64,000 nucleotides of DNA from the human T2T-CHM13v2.0 reference genome, Homo sapiens, in assembly GCF_009914755.1 (NCBI RefSeq), contig NC_060942.1. The stretch is one strand, 5' to 3'. The position numbers and the translations under genes are program-made. Under the pieces are notes generated by a model. That model made no database searches. It was not told the origin of the DNA and was given only the letters and a program-made list of their open reading frames with translations. Shown one piece after another: positions 13,715-29,293 of this stretch (within the stretch, counting starts at the first letter, position 1; each line of letters starts with the position of its first letter).

Positions 13715-14787
13715 AAAAATCCAAACTCTTCCTCATCGACTATAACATTTCTGCCTAGTTCTGAAATGTGTTTTCATTTCTCCCTAATTCTCATCTTGAG
13801 CAACCATCTCTGCCTTACCAGGGTTCTGCCCTAGCCTTTCCGTTCCTCAACAATCTAAGCTGCTTCCTGCTCCGCCACCTTTGACACAGTAGTTCTGTTT
13901 GCCTACAGTGCCTTCGGTGGCTCCTGTGGTTGGTTCATTCTCAGATCTTAATGCCAGTGGCACCACCTCAGAGCATCACCACCTCAGAGAAGACTTCCTT
14001 GACTACCTTATGGCTCCTTCAGTAATCCCAAGTAATTGACTTGTGTGGTTCCTTCATAACCTCTATTATTGTCTGTAATTACTTTGTTTACTTGTTTCTG
14101 CTGTTCCCCCGCCACCCCCCCCAAATAAGTTCTATGAGGGCAGAGTGTCTACTGTGGTCCTTCTTTTCTGTGTCCCTGACACATCCCAGGGGGCCTGGCC
14201 ACTGAGTAGGAGGGGTGTGGGTATACAGAAAGTAGTTGCGGTTTTCATGTTGTTATCTACACCTTAAAGGCAGAGATGTGCTGTGTACATGTTAGAAAGT
14301 TGTTGGTATTTCATGTCGTTTGTCCTTTTCTGAGCTGGTCTGCTTGCCTGGCTGAGTAAATCATAGCACTAATAAAACCAAAGTCCTTATCATTACCTGG
14401 CCCCAACAGCCCCACAGAGAGACAGCTGTCACTGCCTGTAGAGCTATGATGTGTGTCTGAGTGACTCAAGTACCAGACTGACTGGCAGTGTAGACGCCCA
14501 GATCTCTTTCACTTCTGGAAGTATAGTCATGTATAGTGTATAGAAAGTCACCATCCCAAAACCCATTTCTCCTGCTTACATAGCTTAGTGAAGTGAAACC
14601 TCAGTTATCTGAAATCTCCTGGTATCCTCAGTTTTCTGGTGTAGAATTAAGCCAGAAGGAAAATCTCCTTTGGAATTAGAAAAGCCAGAGACTTAGAAGC
14701 CCTCCATGCTAACTAAGGAAGACAGTCTCTCATGGGGATGCAGATCTAGGTTTGAATTTCAGCACTTCAATTTTATAGGGTAGATTA

Positions 14788-15195
<408 letters not shown>

Positions 15196-15265
15196 TTAGT
15201 GTATTAAGTGCCTGAAATATAACAAGTGCTAATACTTTAACACTAGTATTCTACTCCTTTATCTG

Positions 15266-15606
15266 ACTGCTTTTGACTAGTCAGATTATGTTTTAAAGTA
15301 ATAGTAATAATTCCTATTTAAAGTAATTATTACTATTAATTCTTTTCTGTGTCCCTGACACATCCCAGGGGGCCTGGCCACTGAGTAGGAGTCCGTTTTT
15401 CTTGTCAGTTTTTTTTGTTGTTGTTCTTTGGAGGGGAGTTCCCTCAATTTTTCTTTTATTGGATGTTTACTTTTTGGCTGTGGGAGTTTTGTTTTCTAAT
15501 TGTTCTCCTCACCCCCTCTTTTATAATATATAATAATGGTAATAATTCCTATTTAAAGTAATTATTACTATTAATTTAAAACATAATCTGACTAGTCAAA
15601 AGTAGT
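15266..15606. repeat. Inverted repeat + direct repeat enclosing two locally copied segments
   Basis: 15271-15297 is the exact reverse complement of 15575-15601; 15299-15341 ~ 15534-15576; 15340-15391 = 14161-14212; 15392-15522 ~ 18051-18187. Confidence 0.9.
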
Positions 15607-18600
15607 ATTCTGATTAATCAGCCACACCTGTGTTAGACTTGAATGTTTTTGTTAAGGAAGCCTAATGTGGGAAAAGTGTTTGAGACCAAAGGAGCAAGAG
15701 AAATGGAAATGAAAGCAGTAAGTGAATGGGCGCCTTCAGAAGGATTGCTAGTGCAAGCTGCTAGACTGGTAAGGATTACAGGTGGTCACAGTGTTAGCAG
15801 CAATTGCCTGACCTGGCTGTGGGGTCATTGCAGTTCATTGGTGGGAGACCGAGAACAAAAAAGATGCCGCACTTGCCTTCTCTGCAGAGCCTTCTGCTCT
15901 GATTATGTTTGTTCTGATACTGTTTTATCACTCCTAACAGCGAACACACTAAAATACTTTCTAAAATTGTTAAAAGGGCATCACACTTGGAGACTGGGGA
16001 GTGATGATTATCTTATTTTCCATAGCATCGGACTCTTGAGTATAGAGAAGAAAAGAAAGAAGACAGGATATATCTGAAGGCCTGGAAGGCAGGCAGTAAT
16101 CTGAACATCAGTAAGTCCTAATGGTGTCATTATGCCATCCTGAAATTTTCCAGCAGATAAATTTGGTCATCTGGAGAGGCATCCATTTATATACAGCAGT
16201 TTGTGACAGTCTGAGATTATACTTAATATACACACTTGTGCTTAAAATACCTTTTTGAAGACAGGAATGTATGGCTCCTATTAGATAAGATTTCCATCAA
16301 AAACAATTTCAATAGTTCAGTGTTAATCTTTAGACAAGGTATTTTTACCCAGCGCTCTGGGTAGCTGATTATTTGGTGCTGTTTATGGTGGCACTTACAG
16401 TGATTTTTGTGGTACACATTGTTCTGACCATATCAATAATATGCTAGATGGTTGGAGCAGCTGGGTTAGCATGCTTTGAAAGTCAGATGAATTCTTACTG
16501 GTAGATTTTTACTGTATCTGTATGTTACTTGTTTAAAGTTTGTTGTGATGTGTATAATAATGGTGTTTGTTTTTAAAGCTTAATTTTGGTTTTCAGTAAT
16601 GTATTACCATCCCTCAGACAATAGTCATTTTTGTTTGTTGACATTGCTTTTAAAGTTAAAAAAGAAAAGTGACATATTTAGGAAATAACATTATTGCCAA
16701 ATATCACAGACTGGCAGAAAATGTAAGCAAATACCAGTGCAGAGAATTTCAGTAGGATTTTAGTGATTTTATATATTTGCAGCAGAATTACTGCATTTTA
16801 GAGCTAGAAGGAACTGCTCTGATTATAGATTATCTTCGTCCTTGCACAGATGAGGAAATTGGGTCTAAGCAGGGTGTCATCTGCCCAGAGTCACACACCA
16901 CATTAGTAGTCGATTTCAGAGTGGACTCTGGTGTATGCAGCCCTTCTTGCTGTTGATGCTTAAGGTTTTAATTTAATCCTGGGAACTGGGGAGTTTGGAT
17001 TCGTGTCTTCCTGGAGGATGTTACAGTTGAGCTGGCTCTTGCAGGGTGACGTGTGTTTGATTGGAGAAAGATACAGAAGGCAGGAACAGTATCTAAAACA
17101 GGACGAATCACAGGAGCCTCTACCGTCAACTTAGAAATTCTTTTCTCCTTCCCAAGTGGGGTTCCTTGTTTTCAGTTCCTTAGTTTACCGCCTTGATATG
17201 ATGAAGCTCATCCTCATAGTGACTTCCTGTGAAAGGTGATGGGGAAGATGACTTTTTTTTTGAGCCTTGTGTGTCAGAAAATGTCTATGTTCTAAGTATT
17301 TGGTGTATGCCTGGCTGTGTATAAAATTTCAGGTTAATATTTTAGTTCAGATCAAATAAGTTATTTGGCAGTGACAAATTAACTCTGAAATCTCAGTGCA
17401 TGAATAGAGGTCTGTGTCTTGCTTTCACAAAGTCTGCTGTGGACGCCGCCTCCCTTGGCCTCTTCCTTTGGGTCCAATCTGCTTTCACCTACAGTTCCTG
17501 TCTGTTGTCCCCATGGCGGATGTGGGTGTATCTGCAGGTCGCACGCTGGTCACCATAGGCCAGAACCAGGCCTAGTCCCTGCAAGAATTCCAGACGCATG
17601 CAAGGGCACAAGGAGAGTCATTGAACTGTCAGTGGGGGTCATAGTTGTAAGTGTGTTTCCTCTTGGAATATTGCAGGCATTGCTCCGTTGTCGTCCGGTT
17701 TTCAGTGTTACTGTTAAGTCACATGCCGCCAGTTTCCCAGGCAGTTGTAAGCCATTTCTTTTCCCCCTGGAAGCTTTTGGGGGACTTTTGTGTTATTGCC
17801 TAAATACTAACATTTTACCATGGTGGGTCTGGTGATTGTTCTTTTCTACTTTGGATGTGCTGAGCATTCCACAGAGCTTTTCAGTCTATAAACTTATGTT
17901 TTTCAGTTCTAGAAAAACTATTAAAATGACTTTTATAATTTCTTCCCTTTCATTTTCTCATTTTCTTTCTTTTTTTTTTTTCTGTCTTAAGCTCTTCTTC
18001 ATTGGACATAGGAACTCCTAAATCCGTCTACTTATTTTCTTAGCTTTTTCTCCATTTTTCTTGTCTGTTGTTGTTGTTGTTGTTGTTGTTCTTTGGAGGG
18101 GAGTTCCCTCAATTTTTCTTTTATTGAATGTTTACTTTTTGGCTGTGGGAGTTTTGTTTTCTAACTGTTCTCCTCACCCCCTCTTTTTTAAACAAATAGC
18201 ATCCGCCTCTCAGTTCAGATTTGTGAAACCTTTTCTCAGGCTGGTTTTTCGTCGTCTTCCTTTCCAGCAGTCTTAGATTTTGGTTTACTCCAGTTTGTTT
18301 TAGCCACTTAACACTGTTGTCATCTGCCGTAATTCGCTTTGTGATTTTCTTCGTTCCTGTGTTTTTGGGGAATGATGGAGATAAAGAAGTGTATGTTTAA
18401 TCAGGAGGGTTTTTTTTTTCCTTCTTTTCAACAGTTTTTGTTTGTTTTGCTAGCATCAGTGAATATTAAACCCTTCGTTTTTGGGAAAACCAGATCTATT
18501 TTTTTCTTTAAATAAAAGTAGTGTTTTCAGTTAGTGCTCTCATGAAGCCACATCTGTGTCACTGAGTTCAATTAACTTAGTCGATGAAATGCCTGCTGAT

Positions 18601-19814
18601 CTGTAGTGGGTGGTAACATAATTATTTTAATTTGGACTATTTTAAAAGCATCAAGAGATCGCATCTTTGGGAACCCACAATAAATGGTTACTTTTGGCAA
18701 TCAGATTATTGTTTTATAATACAAGTAATCTTTTCATTTTGTAAGATTTTTATATTGTTTGCTTAATAGGGATATATTATTAAATTGAATAATTATTGCT
18801 TTCCAAGATTCCCTTCAGCGCTAATGATCAATGAATGAAGTTTATGTTGGCTCTTAATGTACATTTAATAACAAATTTCATGTGGATTACTTTTTGTTCC
18901 CCAAATCTGCTATTTAAAACTCCATTCTTCATTTGGATGTACTTTAGAAATGGGGAAAAGATTATTTTAACTGAAAACTCAAATTCTCTACTGCAAATTG
19001 AATGACAAAATCTTGTATGTTCTATGTGAAAGCATTTGAATAATGGGCAAATTGCTCTTTAAATTAGAGCTTTTATGTTGATCTGAAGGCTCTGAGAGCA
19101 GTCATAACAGTTGTGTTATTTTTCAGTTAGTTTTACATGCATGTTGCCTTTCACAAGTTAGATATTTTTGCTTTAGTAGTTCATTACATTTAAGATATTT
19201 TAATATATAAACAAATTACTTTTAATCTTAAAGCAATGAAGAAACTATTAAAACACTTTGCTACAGTACAGAATAAAAACAAAACATCTTTGTTCATAAT
19301 TTGTCAAATTCTGAAAGAATCTTACCTACTTGGTAGTTTATAATTCATGAGGTCATTCTTTTTCATAGACAATTAATGTGGTGAGATTTTTAGGGAATTT
19401 GCTATATTTTTAGTTAAAATAATTTTGTTTACATTAAAATGTTAAATAATTGTTTTTTAATTTGTCATTGTCAGCTATAATCATATATAGGTGAATGGTA
19501 TTAAAAGAACTATATATAAGATAGTATTTTACATTTATCATTCTGGAGGTCAGGATGTATTATATATATATCAGAAAGTATTACAATAGCTGTTTCTAAG
19601 CCACCAACTGTAATTATACCTTAGCCAATAAGGTTGCAGATGTGGACATCATTAAGGATCTTACTAGTAGTAAGTTGGGGTGCTGTCTTTTCAGTGTGCA
19701 AATGATTTCCATTATCAATGTTGCCCAGGTCTCCACTGATTTAGAGTTAAGATACCTATATTAATTTGTTGAAAAGTGTCATAGTTATTTCATAGGAGTC
19801 TCAGGCCTGATACA

Positions 19815-20852
19815 CACAGTGGTAAAGATAAAAGGCTGATTTATTTCTTGTGATGTGTTTCCAACACCAACAACCACTTCTTCAGTGTGAAAACTGAGTG
19901 TCCAGGCTGGGTGCGGTGGCTCACACCTGTAATCCCAACACTTTGGGAGGCCGAGGTGGGCGGATCACTTGAGGTCAGGAGTTCGAGACCAGCCTGACCA
20001 ACGTGGCAAAACCCCGTGTCTACTAAAAATACAAAAATTAGCCAGGCACGGTGGCACATGCTGTAATCCCAGCTACTTGGGAGGCTGGAAGGAGAATCGC
20101 TTGAACCCGGGAGGTGGAGCTTACAGCGAGCCAAGATCATGCCATTGCACTCCAGCCTGGGCAACAAGAGCGACCCTCCGTCTTAAAAACAAAAAAAGAA
20201 AACTGAGTCCAACATTTCAGTTAATTCAGACCCTACCCAGAGTAAGTACAGTCCCCACAGGCAACGGGCTGAGTCCCATGAGACTGCCCCGTCCTCAGAT
20301 GCCAGTCACAAGTCCCAGGCCTCTCATACTTCTGACCGACTGGCTACAAATCAGGGGTTCCCACTACCTCCTCAGATTAGATAATTTGCTGGATAAAACT
20401 CAGGAAAACATTATTATTAAGGGCACAACTCAGCAACAGCCCAGTAGAAGAGGTGCACGGAGCAAGCACGGGGGGACGTGGAGTTTCTGTGCCCTCCTAG
20501 GGTGGCCTCCTGCCCAGCTCACCCTTGTGTGTGCAAGGTCCCCGAATCTTGTAGTTAGAGTTTCTGTAGAACTCAATCTCTAATCCTTTCCTTTTCTCTT
20601 CATTTCTCTTCAGGATAGGGACGGGGGGTCGGTGCTGAAAGTTCCACACTCTAGGCACTGGGTCTCTGGGTGACCAGCCCCATCCAGAGGCCATCTAGGA
20701 GGGCTGCTTTTAATCACAGCGTTAGCATTAACAGTTGTGATTGAAAGGGGCTTGTTTTGAACAATAAAAAATATTTCTATCTCAGGAAATCCCAAAGATA
20801 TAGGAACTGTGCCAGGAACTAGAGACAAAGATGAAATATGTCTTATATCACA
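19815..20852 (-). mobile_element. MER21-like LTR interrupted by an Alu
   Basis: gagtcccatgagactgcccc...cagatgccagtcacaagtcc...cttctgaccgactggctacaaatcaggggttccc...atatcaca; family from recalled consensus. Confidence 0.6.
19905..20198 (+). mobile_element. Alu (AluS-like)
   Basis: Full Alu; TSD-like gaaaactgagt. Confidence 0.95.
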
Positions 20853-20879
20853 TTTCTTTGAATTGGTTAAGTGCAAATA

Positions 20880-21076
20880 AGACAACAAAAAATAATATAA
20901 CCATTTATATAACACTTGTGTTAGGTGTTATAAATAATCTAGAGATGATTTAAAGTATGGGGAGGATGTACATAGGTTATATGCAAATACTATGACGTTT
21001 TATATAAGGGACTTGAGCATTCATAGCTTCTGTTATTCCTGGAGCCAATCCCCCATGAATACCGAGGGATGACCGT
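20880..21076. mobile_element. MER2 (Tigger) DNA transposon fragment
   Basis: taatctagagatgatttaaagtat...ggttatatgcaaatactat...aagggacttgagcat...ccaatccccc...taccgagggatgac. Confidence 0.7.
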
Positions 21077-21189
21077 ATACGTATAAAGACAGTGATGAAT
21101 TGGCATATATATTTACTACTTCTTAAATGCAACTTGTTAAAATCTGAACTAAAAAATTAAGGAGAGGTGTGCAGTCATTTAATCAATTC

Positions 21190-21490
<301 letters not shown>

Positions 21491-22299
21491 TCATTAATCA
21501 ATTCTTATAAGCCAACACAAAAAGCATTTTTACATGATTGACGTTATGAATATTTGTTTCATATTCAGTTTAATAATTGAATAAGAATGCATTGAATACA
21601 ATTACAGTGAAGGATGCTTAGAAATGCTCATGGGAAAGTTGTTCATTGCTGGTTAGATATCTAAGTCCGTACATATTTTTATTTTCATTGAGTCAGAAGC
21701 TTTTAGAACTGGACATGATTTAGAGATTATCATGTATTTTATATGGAGATTCACTTAGTATCCCCCTGCAAATTTAAGCTAGTGCTACCCCATACTTTTG
21801 TGTCAATAGCCTATAAAGTAGGAGTGAATCACTTGAAAATTTATTAGAACTTTTGTTGTAAATATAAATTTATTCTTAATTTAAGTTAAAATTATTTGTC
21901 AACTTTAAGTTCATTTTTCTCAATTTGGCTATATTTAACTTTTTTAAATCTACCTTTGTAGCCATGCAGTGTTCCTGTTGCATTTCAATTAGAGGTTATT
22001 GTGGTAAGAGCTAAGGGCCCTGAAAGAAGTCAAAGCAACTGTATTCCATTTATTATGCAAATGTAATTCTGTTTTTATGTAGTTGTAAATATTTATTATG
22101 TTTGAATGCAGTTGCCGAGAAGTGTGAAATGTCTGAGATTTTTGCCTTCAACACAAGCTCAAAGGCAGGCTCACCAGTTAGCCAGCTACCAGTTGGATGC
22201 TGGCAGAAGACATAAGACTCTTGGGTTAGAGATAAAGGACCTTATTACAGTAGTAGCCACAGTGTCAGCATCTGTCCCAGTTTGCTGAGACATGTTGAG

Positions 22300-23760
22300 A
22301 ATAGAATGGGGCAGGGGAAAGAAAGCAAGGAAACTTATTAGGAGGTATTGCCATAATGCAGGAGAAAGAGGATGGTAGCTTGGACTAGTATAGTGGCAAA
22401 AAGTAGTTGGATTCTGCATATGTTTTGGAGGTAGCTGAAATTGGGATTTCATGACATACTGGATGAGGAATGAGAGAAAGAAAGGAGCCAAGGGTGATTC
22501 TGAATGTTCTGATCTGATCATTGGAAGAATGTAGAGTAGCCGGAAATGGAAGTATAGAGAAGATTTAAACCTGCAAGTGGGGCTGGGGTGGGGGTGGGGT
22601 GGGGAACAACCCGAGTTTAGTTTTGAACTTGTGAAGTTTCAGATATCTGCAAGACATCAAAGTGGCAGTGTCCTGAAGGGAGCTGAATATAACTGGTCTG
22701 TAAATGAAGAGAGAGAATTTGGGAGTGTAGGGGCACATCGATGCTATGCAGTGTCATGAGCATGAGTGAAATCACAGGTGGAGAAGAGGGGACCAAAGTC
22801 TTGAGTGCTGGGGCACTCCTGTTAAGACTCCAGAGGGAGACTAGCAAAGGAGTCAGACTGAGGGACCGTGAGAGTGTGGTGTGCTGAGCAAAGAGGTAAA
22901 ATGATATGAAAGGAAAAGGAGTGGTCAGTGGTCACACACAGTGCCTCTAAGATTAGGACTGTGAATTCACGCTAGGCAAAGGCTGCTCTGTGCGATGATT
23001 GGTAGAGAAGGCTTTGGTGTGGGTGTCAGAGAAGATTGGAGAGGAATCGTGGGCATCAGTAGACTCAGTTCTCCTAAGGCATTTTGCTGCAAAGGGAATC
23101 AGAGAGATGGGGCTGCAGCTGGTGAGGAAGGTGGGGTCCCCACAAGTTTGTTTATATATGAGAAATAACATTTTCAGGAATGAGCCAGTGGAGTGGGGAA
23201 ATTGTTGGGAGATTAAGTGTGCCAGCTGACGGTGGGGGCCCTTGAGCAAGGTAGCAGAATGGAGTAGATGGAAACATGGTGCTGAGTGGGTAGATGGGAG
23301 CCGAGTCCAAGGTCTTCTGATGTCGTTCCTTTTCTTGGTGAAATAGGAAGTTGGGCCATCTGCTGCGATATTAAATGAGGGAGTGTTCCAGGGGTAATGA
23401 GAGTGTTCCAGGGGTGGAGAAAAGAGAGGGAAGGTGTGAAATGGTAGGCCGGGAAGGAGAAGAATGGACCAGGGAAAAGTAGTTTGATTTCCAGACAGCA
23501 TTAAGGACCCACCTGCGGGTCATGGCCTTGACTACAAAGTGAGACCCATCAGACCAGTTCTCTTTTTCTCCAGCCTTATTTAGCTCTATGGGTGCAGGCA
23601 TGACATAAGCGGAGTTGAATTTACTAATATGGTTTTACCAAGAGAGTTTTTCAGGAGAGTAGTGGAAGGGAATAGAAGTATACACAAGGAAATGATTACA
23701 GTGATGAATTGTGGAATATAAGCTGAGTAGGAAGGGAAGAGGGTCTTGAAAAGCTGGTAG
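22300..23760 (-). mobile_element. Ancient LINE2 fragments
   Basis: Purine-rich + strand with motifs such as ttaggaggtattgcc...gatggtagcttggactag, gagtttagttttgaac, typical of reversed L2; boundaries vague. Confidence 0.45.
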
Positions 23761-24575
23761 GCTTATCACTCTTGTCATTTAGACTTTGAATATTCAAAGC
23801 CGGTTCCTAACTGTATATATATATACACCAGTATAAAAAAAAAATTTAAGTCAGATTTGCAAAAAGTTATTTTGAGCAGGTAAAGAGGAGGAGGCTGTCT
23901 AGGTTCTACCAAAGCCAAAGAATAATAGTAAAAACAAAAAGCTACAAAAAAACCCAATAGTCTCATCTTTTGATTTATTTTTTGTTTGGCAGTCATGGTA
24001 TAACTGAAAGCCAAGAAAAGGCCCTGCATTTTTAATGGATTTACTCAACCATTTCCTTTAAAAAAAAGTAAGAACAAACAAGCTCACAGGTTTTATTCTT
24101 ATAAAAACACTGCATGTTCATTATAGGATGTTTTGAAAATAATGTTTACAAAAGTTCTGCCATCCAGTTAACAGTTCTGCTGTACTTTGTGGTCCAGTTT
24201 TCCTCCCTATTCTTTCTATGTAATTGAACCACATACATATAATTTTGTTTCCTGTGTTTTTGCACTTAACAAACGAACAATATGAATTTTCCCCTCATGT
24301 TATTTATAACTCTGTATAAATATCAATTTCACTGGTTCTCTAAAGTTCCATTGTGTAAATGTGCCAGGATTTTCTTTACTCATACTGTTGGAAATTAGGA
24401 TGTTTCCAATTTTTTTAATTTAAATTTACTTTTTGTCATAAATAATGATCCAGGGAATATTTTTATGTTTTTTTCTTTAATATTTATAAAAACAGCATTA
24501 TTGGGTCAAGGAGTATCGTTACTTTTCAGTTGCATATTGCCAAATTAATTTTTATGGCTGTATTAAGATCCTTCA

Positions 24576-24896
<321 letters not shown>

Positions 24897-25978
24897 TCAA
24901 TACAACCATTTAGAAAAATCTTTGCTGATTTGACTTTTGGAAAATCATAGTGTTAATAGTTTAATTTGTATATCTCTGATTCTTGTGAGGGTTAATATTT
25001 TTCCATAAATGTGTTGAGTGAATTGGTTGTATGTGTGGAAAAATGTAAATCTTTACCTACCTCACACATAAATCGTACTAGATTTAATCAAGGACTTAAA
25101 TATGAAAACCAAAACTTCTTTACAGCAAATACAGGAGGATATATGATCTCAATGTCAGATGAATTTTTTTAAGACAATAGAAGGGGCAGATAGTAAAGGT
25201 AAACTGATAAATTTGACTAAAATAAAATGGAGAAACTTCTGATCCTCAGGTACTAGAAAAAGAATAAAAAGTCAAGATACAAGGTCAATGCAACAGTAAA
25301 GAAAAAGAAAAGACACAGGATGATCTGGATGAACTGATACAGAATGATTTCTAGGGGTCTGAAGTTTACCTGCCGTGTGATAAATTTTTTTGTTCTCTAT
25401 ATTTAGCCACACACTTCAATCATCGCTTTCCTGCAATCGGGGAAAAAAAAAACTTTGCTTAAAAGCCAACCCATCTTACATTCCCACCAGCAGTGTATAA
25501 GGTTTCTGGTTTCTCTGCATCCCTCCCTTTGTCATGATATTGTCATGATAGTGGTTGTGCAGTGGTATCTTTTTGTGGCTTTAATTTACATTTTGAATGA
25601 CTAATACTATTAAGCACCTTTTCGTGTGCTTATTAGCCATTTGTGTGTTGTCTTTGGTCAAAGGTTTGTTCACATCTTTTGCTCATTTAAAAAATTAGGT
25701 TTTATTTATATCTTGGTATCATCTCTTGTCAGTTACGATACACAGATATTCTAGCCTGTGGCTTAGAAGATATGATACACAGATATTTTCTTCTAGCCTG
25801 TGGCTTATCTTTCTTTTAATGGTTTGTTTTGAAACACAAACACTTTTAAATTTTAGTTATTAAATTTTAATGATGTTTAACTTAGCAGAGTTTTTCTCTT
25901 ATATATTGTGCTTTTGGTATTGTGTCCAGGAACTCTTTGTCCAAACTAGAGTCACAAAGTTTTTTTAAAGAAGTTTTA

Positions 25979-26298
<320 letters not shown>

Positions 26299-27017
26299 TT
26301 AGTTCATACATGTAGGTATATGACCCATTTTGACTTAATTCTTACCTATGGTGTGAAGTAAGGGTTTACATTTTTGTTTTTAGTTATTCATTTGTCCCAG
26401 CACCATTTGTCAAGAAGACTTTCCTCATTGACTCGTCTTGGGACGTTTCTTGAAAATCAGTCGACTATAAATGTAAGGATTTATTTCCAGACTCCTTTAT
26501 TCTGTGATGTGTATGCCAGTCTCTGTGTCAGCAGCACACTGTCTTGATTCCTATAGTTTTATAAGCACTTTCGAAATTGGATAGTGTAACTTTGTTCTTT
26601 TTCAAAATTGCATTTCAATATAAATTTTAGGAATATTGTATCAATTAATATAAAAAAGAGCTTACTAAGCTTTTGATAGGGATTGTTTGAATCTATAGAT
26701 CAATTTTGGAAGAATTGCCATATTAATAATATTGAATCTTCCAGTTCAAAAACATGGAATCTCTAATTATTTAGAATCTCTATATTCTCTTAGCAGTGTT
26801 TTGTAGTTTTGACTGTATGAATCTTGTACTACATGTGTTAAATTTATTCCTCAGTCATTTTATATTTTGTGAACAGAATTGTTTTCTTAATTCACTTTTG
26901 GTGTGCTAGTCGTTTTATTGTTGCTAGGTTTGTAGGCTTGTAGGGTGGGTGTGTGGGGGTGTGTGTGTGTGTTGTGTGAGTTCCTTGGGTTTTTCTACGT
27001 ATAAGATTTTGTCAGCT

Positions 27018-27568
<551 letters not shown>

Positions 27569-28042
27569 AGCCAAAAACTAAGATTGTGTCAATTATGAAT
27601 AAAGATGGTTTTATTTCTTCCTTTCCAATTTGTATGCATTTTTTTTCTTGTTCCACTGGCTCAAACCTTCAGTACAGTGTTGAGTAGAGGGGGTGAGCGC
27701 AAATGTCCTTGTCTTGCCCCCAGTCTTAGTGGCAAAGCATTCAGCCCTTCAGCATTAAGTATGATGTTAGCTGTAGGTTTTTCATAGTTGCCCTTAATTA
27801 GTTTGAGCAAGTTTCCTTCTGTTCTTAGCTTATAAAAAGTTTTTATCAATAGGTGTTGTCAATGCCTTTCTGCAACTATTAAGATGATCATGTGTGTTTT
27901 TTTCCATCTTTATTAGTATGCTGTAGTGCATCAATTGGTTATTGATGTTAAACCAACCTGGATAAATCTCATTTGGTCAAGGTATATAATGCTTTTTATA
28001 TGTTGCTGAATTCAGTTTGCTGATGTTTTGTTAAGAAGTTTT

Positions 28043-28336
28043 GGCCAAGCATGGTGGCTTACGCCTGTAATCCCAACACTTTGGGAGGTCTAGGCAGGAG
28101 GACTCTTTGAGCCCAGGAGTTCTAGACAAGCTTGGGCAACATAGGGAGACCCCAGCTTTACAAAAAATAAAAAAATTAGCCGGGTGTGCTGGTGCGTGCC
28201 TGTAGTCCCAGCTATTTGGGAGGCCATGATGGGAGGATCACTTGAGCCTGAAGATGGAGGTTGCAGCGAGCCATGATTGCATCACTGCACTCCAGCCTGG
28301 GCAACAGAATGAGACCCTGTCTCTAAAAATAATAAA
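28043..28336 (+). mobile_element. Alu (AluJ-like)
   Basis: Alu consensus. Confidence 0.9.
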
Positions 28337-29293
28337 GAATTTTTCTATCAGTGTTCATGATGGATATTGATTTGTAGTTTTCTTGTGATGTCTTTGCCTT
28401 TGTTATCAGGGTAATACTGGCCTCACAGAATGGCTTGTGAAGTGTTCCTTTCTTCTCTGTTAGCTGAAAGAGTTTGTGAAGATTTGTATTAATTGTTTAA
28501 ATCTTTAGTGGAATTTACCAGTGAAGCCACCCGAGCCTGACCTTTCTTTATAGGAAGGTTTTTAATTATCAATTCATTCCTTACTCGTTATAGGTCTATT
28601 TAGATTCTCTGTTTCCTTTTGAGTCAGATTTGGTAATTTGTGTCTTTCTAGGATTTTGTCCATTTTCTCTTAAGTTTTCTAATTTGTTGGTAAAAGGTGA
28701 TTTATAGTATTCCCATATAGTCCTTTAAATTTCCATAGGCTTGATAGTGATAGCCTTTCTTTCATTTCTGATTTTGCTAATTTATGTCTTCTCTCTTAAT
28801 TTCTTTGTCAGTCTAGCCTAAAGCTTTGTCTGTTTTTTATCTTTTCAAATGACTCACTTTTGGTTTTATTTGTTTTTTCCCTCTTGTTTTTCTGTTTTCT
28901 ATTTTATTAATTTCTACTCTAACATTTACTATTTTATTCTACTTTCATTGGGTTTAGTTATTTTCTAATTTCTTAAGGGTGAAAGCTTAGGTTATTGATT
29001 TGAGATATAGGCATTTAAAGCTGTACATTTTTTCCTAAGCACTACTTTAGCCACATCCCATAAATTTGTGTATGTTTTGTTTTTATTCTGTTCAAAATAT
29101 TTACTAACTTTTCCTTGTGATTTTTTAGTCTTTGGCCCATTGGTTATTTAGAAGTGTTTTGTTTCATTTAGAAATATTCGGTGTTTTTCCAGATTTATTT
29201 CTGTTGTAGATATATCATTAATTTACTTCCATTGTGGTCAGAGAACATACTTGGTATAATTATAGTATCAGTCTTTTTAAATTTATTGAGGCT

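Noticed and set aside
19969-20583. 204-aa ORF
   Set aside because: Starts inside an Alu and runs into an LTR; a chance fusion with no domain or splice support.
23381-23415. 15-bp direct repeat gagtgttccaggggt
   Set aside because: Simple local slippage duplication within ancient repeat-derived DNA; no sign of function.
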